From positions 1-24,000 of the forward strand of contig CAZBIP010000027.1 in NCBI GenBank assembly GCA_964491885.1: a DNA stretch of 24,000 nt, written 5' to 3'. A program made the position numbers and the translations under genes. The number at the start of each line of letters is the position of its first letter. Within the stretch, counting starts at the first letter, position 1. The notes under the pieces are model-generated. The model saw only the letters and a program-made list of their open reading frames with translations. It made no database searches and was not told the origin of the DNA. Shown here one piece after another: positions 23,047 to 24,000 of this stretch. This DNA comes from an uncultured Vicinamibacterales bacterium (GTDB taxonomy: Bacteria > Acidobacteriota > Vicinamibacteria > Vicinamibacterales > JAKQTR01).

Positions 23047-23265
23047 CTAGGCCACTTGGACGGTCTGAACGCCAACGAAGTCGCTCTCGAGCCGTGGGTC
23101 GCCGTCTTCCAGAAGCATCTCGATCACCTCCTGGATATTCGACCGCAATTCGTCGAGCGTCTCGCCCTGGCTATGCGCCCCAGGGAAGCCCGGGACCCAG
23201 CCCACGTACAGTCCGGTATCGGCGTCCCGCTCGATGACCGCCGTGAATGACCTCATGCGACGCAT
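23047..23265 (-). CDS. hicB: HicB-family antitoxin, short UPF0150-type form (no C-terminal DNA-binding domain)
   Basis: This is the C-terminal 72 codons of track ORF 23047..23934: MRRMRSFTAVIERDADTGLYVGWVPGFPGAHSQGETLDELRSNIQEVIEMLLEDG. It stops 3 nt before the hicA GTG. An alternative ATG lies at 23256. Confidence 0.85.
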   Translation of the reverse strand: MRRMRSFTAVIERDADTGLYVGWVPGFPGAHSQGETLDELRSNIQEVIEMLLEDGDPRLESDFVGVQTVQVA

Positions 23266-23375
23266 CCCATTCTCACGCAACGATAGCAGAATCCTGCAGG
23301 CCAGGCCACCGGCCGGATGTTCAACACCGGCCGCGCGGCTTACCTGCGGGGCGGGCTGCCCTTGCCGGTCGGTCT

Positions 23376-23402
23376 TTGAGTTTTCTGACCGTCGCCTATA
23401 AT
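23376..23402 (+). promoter_or_regulatory. Candidate surE promoter with a perfect TATAAT -10 box
   Basis: TATAAT at 23397-23402 is conspicuous in DNA this GC-rich, and it lies 11 nt before the surE ATG. The best -35 is TTGAGT at 23376-23381, with a short 15-nt spacer. No Shine-Dalgarno sequence fits between the -10 and the ATG. Confidence 0.35.
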
Positions 23403-23413
23403 GGGTAGTTCCC

Positions 23414-24000
23414 ATGAAGCAGATTCTCATCACCAATGACGATGGCGTCCGGTCGGAGGGCTTGAAAGCGCTCGCGGACGCCTTGGCGCCGCTCGGCGAG
23501 GTCACGGTCGTGGCGCCGGCCAAGGAGGCGAGCGCGGTCGGCCACGCGCTCACGCTGCACTTTCCGCTGAGGCTGGAGCAGCTCGGCCCGCGCGTGTATG
23601 CCGTAGAAGGCACGCCGACCGACTGCGTGAACATCGCCGTCGCCGTCGTGTTCAAAGGCCTGCCGGACCTCGTCGTGTCGGGCATCAACAAGGGCTGGAA
23701 CTTGGGCGACGACGTGACGTATTCGGGAACCGTGTCGGGAGCGCTGGAGGGCGCGCTGCTGGGCGTGCCGAGTATCGCCGTGTCGCTCAAGCGGACGCGG
23801 GAAGGCATGGACTTCACGGACGCCGCGCGCGCCGCTGCGCGCATCGCCGAGCGGGTGCTGGCCGAGGGGCTGCCTCCGCGGACGTTTCTCAACGTGAACG
23901 TGCCGCGCCGGGTGACGCACGGGTTCAAGGTCACCCGTCAGGCCACACGCAACCACGTGACCGCCATCACCGAGCGCGTGGATCCGAAGCACCGGCCGTA
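23414..24000 (+). CDS. surE: 5'/3'-nucleotidase SurE (5' part; continues beyond the right edge)
   Basis: My own translation from ATG 23414: MKQILITNDDGVRSEGLKALADALAPLGEVTVVAPAKEASAVGHALTLHFPLRLE...GTPTDCVNIAV...PDLVVSGINKGWNLGDDVTYSGTVSGALEGALLGVPSIAVS. These are the canonical SurE motifs (NDDG, SGIN.G.N.G, YSGTV.AA.E). The frame is open to position 24000, so it is absent from the ORF track. Confidence 0.9.
   Translation, partial: MKQILITNDDGVRSEGLKALADALAPLGEVTVVAPAKEASAVGHALTLHFPLRLEQLGPRVYAVEGTPTDCVNIAVAVVFKGLPDLVVSGINKGWNLGDDVTYSGTVSGALEGALLGVPSIAVSLKRTREGMDFTDAARAAARIAERVLAEGLPPRTFLNVNVPRRVTHGFKVTRQATRNHVTAITERVDPKHRP

Noticed and set aside
23266-23992. Upstream part of the 295-aa minus ORF (23047..23934) and the 198-aa minus ORF 23396..23992
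   Set aside because: They are antisense to the clearly recognisable surE frame. Only the last 72 codons (HicB) are credible.
1-24000. Scan for CRISPR arrays, tRNA/rRNA genes, IS elements or terminal inverted repeats, integrases, and phage or defence-island genes
   Set aside because: I saw no spaced direct-repeat arrays, no cloverleaf-compatible AT-poor islands and no transposase- or integrase-like translations. The only accessory-type element I can support is hicBA.

Overview
High-GC bacterial chromosomal segment, densely coding. I can support 21 protein genes. Two are cut by the window edges and so are missing from the ORF track. I saw no rRNA, tRNA, CRISPR array or IS element. Left to right: (i) a minus-strand operon in which a sigma-54 enhancer-binding protein is translationally coupled (GTGA overlap) to a membrane HD-GYP/GAF/degenerate-GGDEF protein, preceded by a sigma-54-like -24/-12 element and three direct repeats; (ii) a secreted tricorn-type S41 protease with an FmdB zinc-ribbon gene upstream; (iii) tryptophanase followed by an orphan cytoplasmic histidine kinase whose sensor region is a zinc ribbon plus a MshEN/T2SSE_N-like motif; (iv) a complete [NiFe]-hydrogenase maturation operon hypF-C-D-E-A-B followed by ppa, with no hydrogenase structural genes in the window; (v) a DUF3810-like HEXXH membrane protein; (vi) an AmmeMemoRadiSam-type radical SAM gene overlapping moaA; (vii) an HGSNAT/DUF5009-like membrane acyltransferase plus an MFS transporter; (viii) a lower-GC hicB-hicA toxin-antitoxin pair; (ix) the 5' part of surE. 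Many long ORFs in the track are alternative-frame or antisense shadows typical of high-GC DNA. I do not see a clear-cut new defence or mobile system. The most unusual items are the c-di-GMP/sigma-54 operon with its repeat-bearing upstream region, the zinc-ribbon/MshEN-like kinase, and the AmmeMemoRadiSam-moaA coupling. All domain calls come from reading translations by eye against remembered family signatures, not from database searches. Taxon cannot be determined from the sequence alone.
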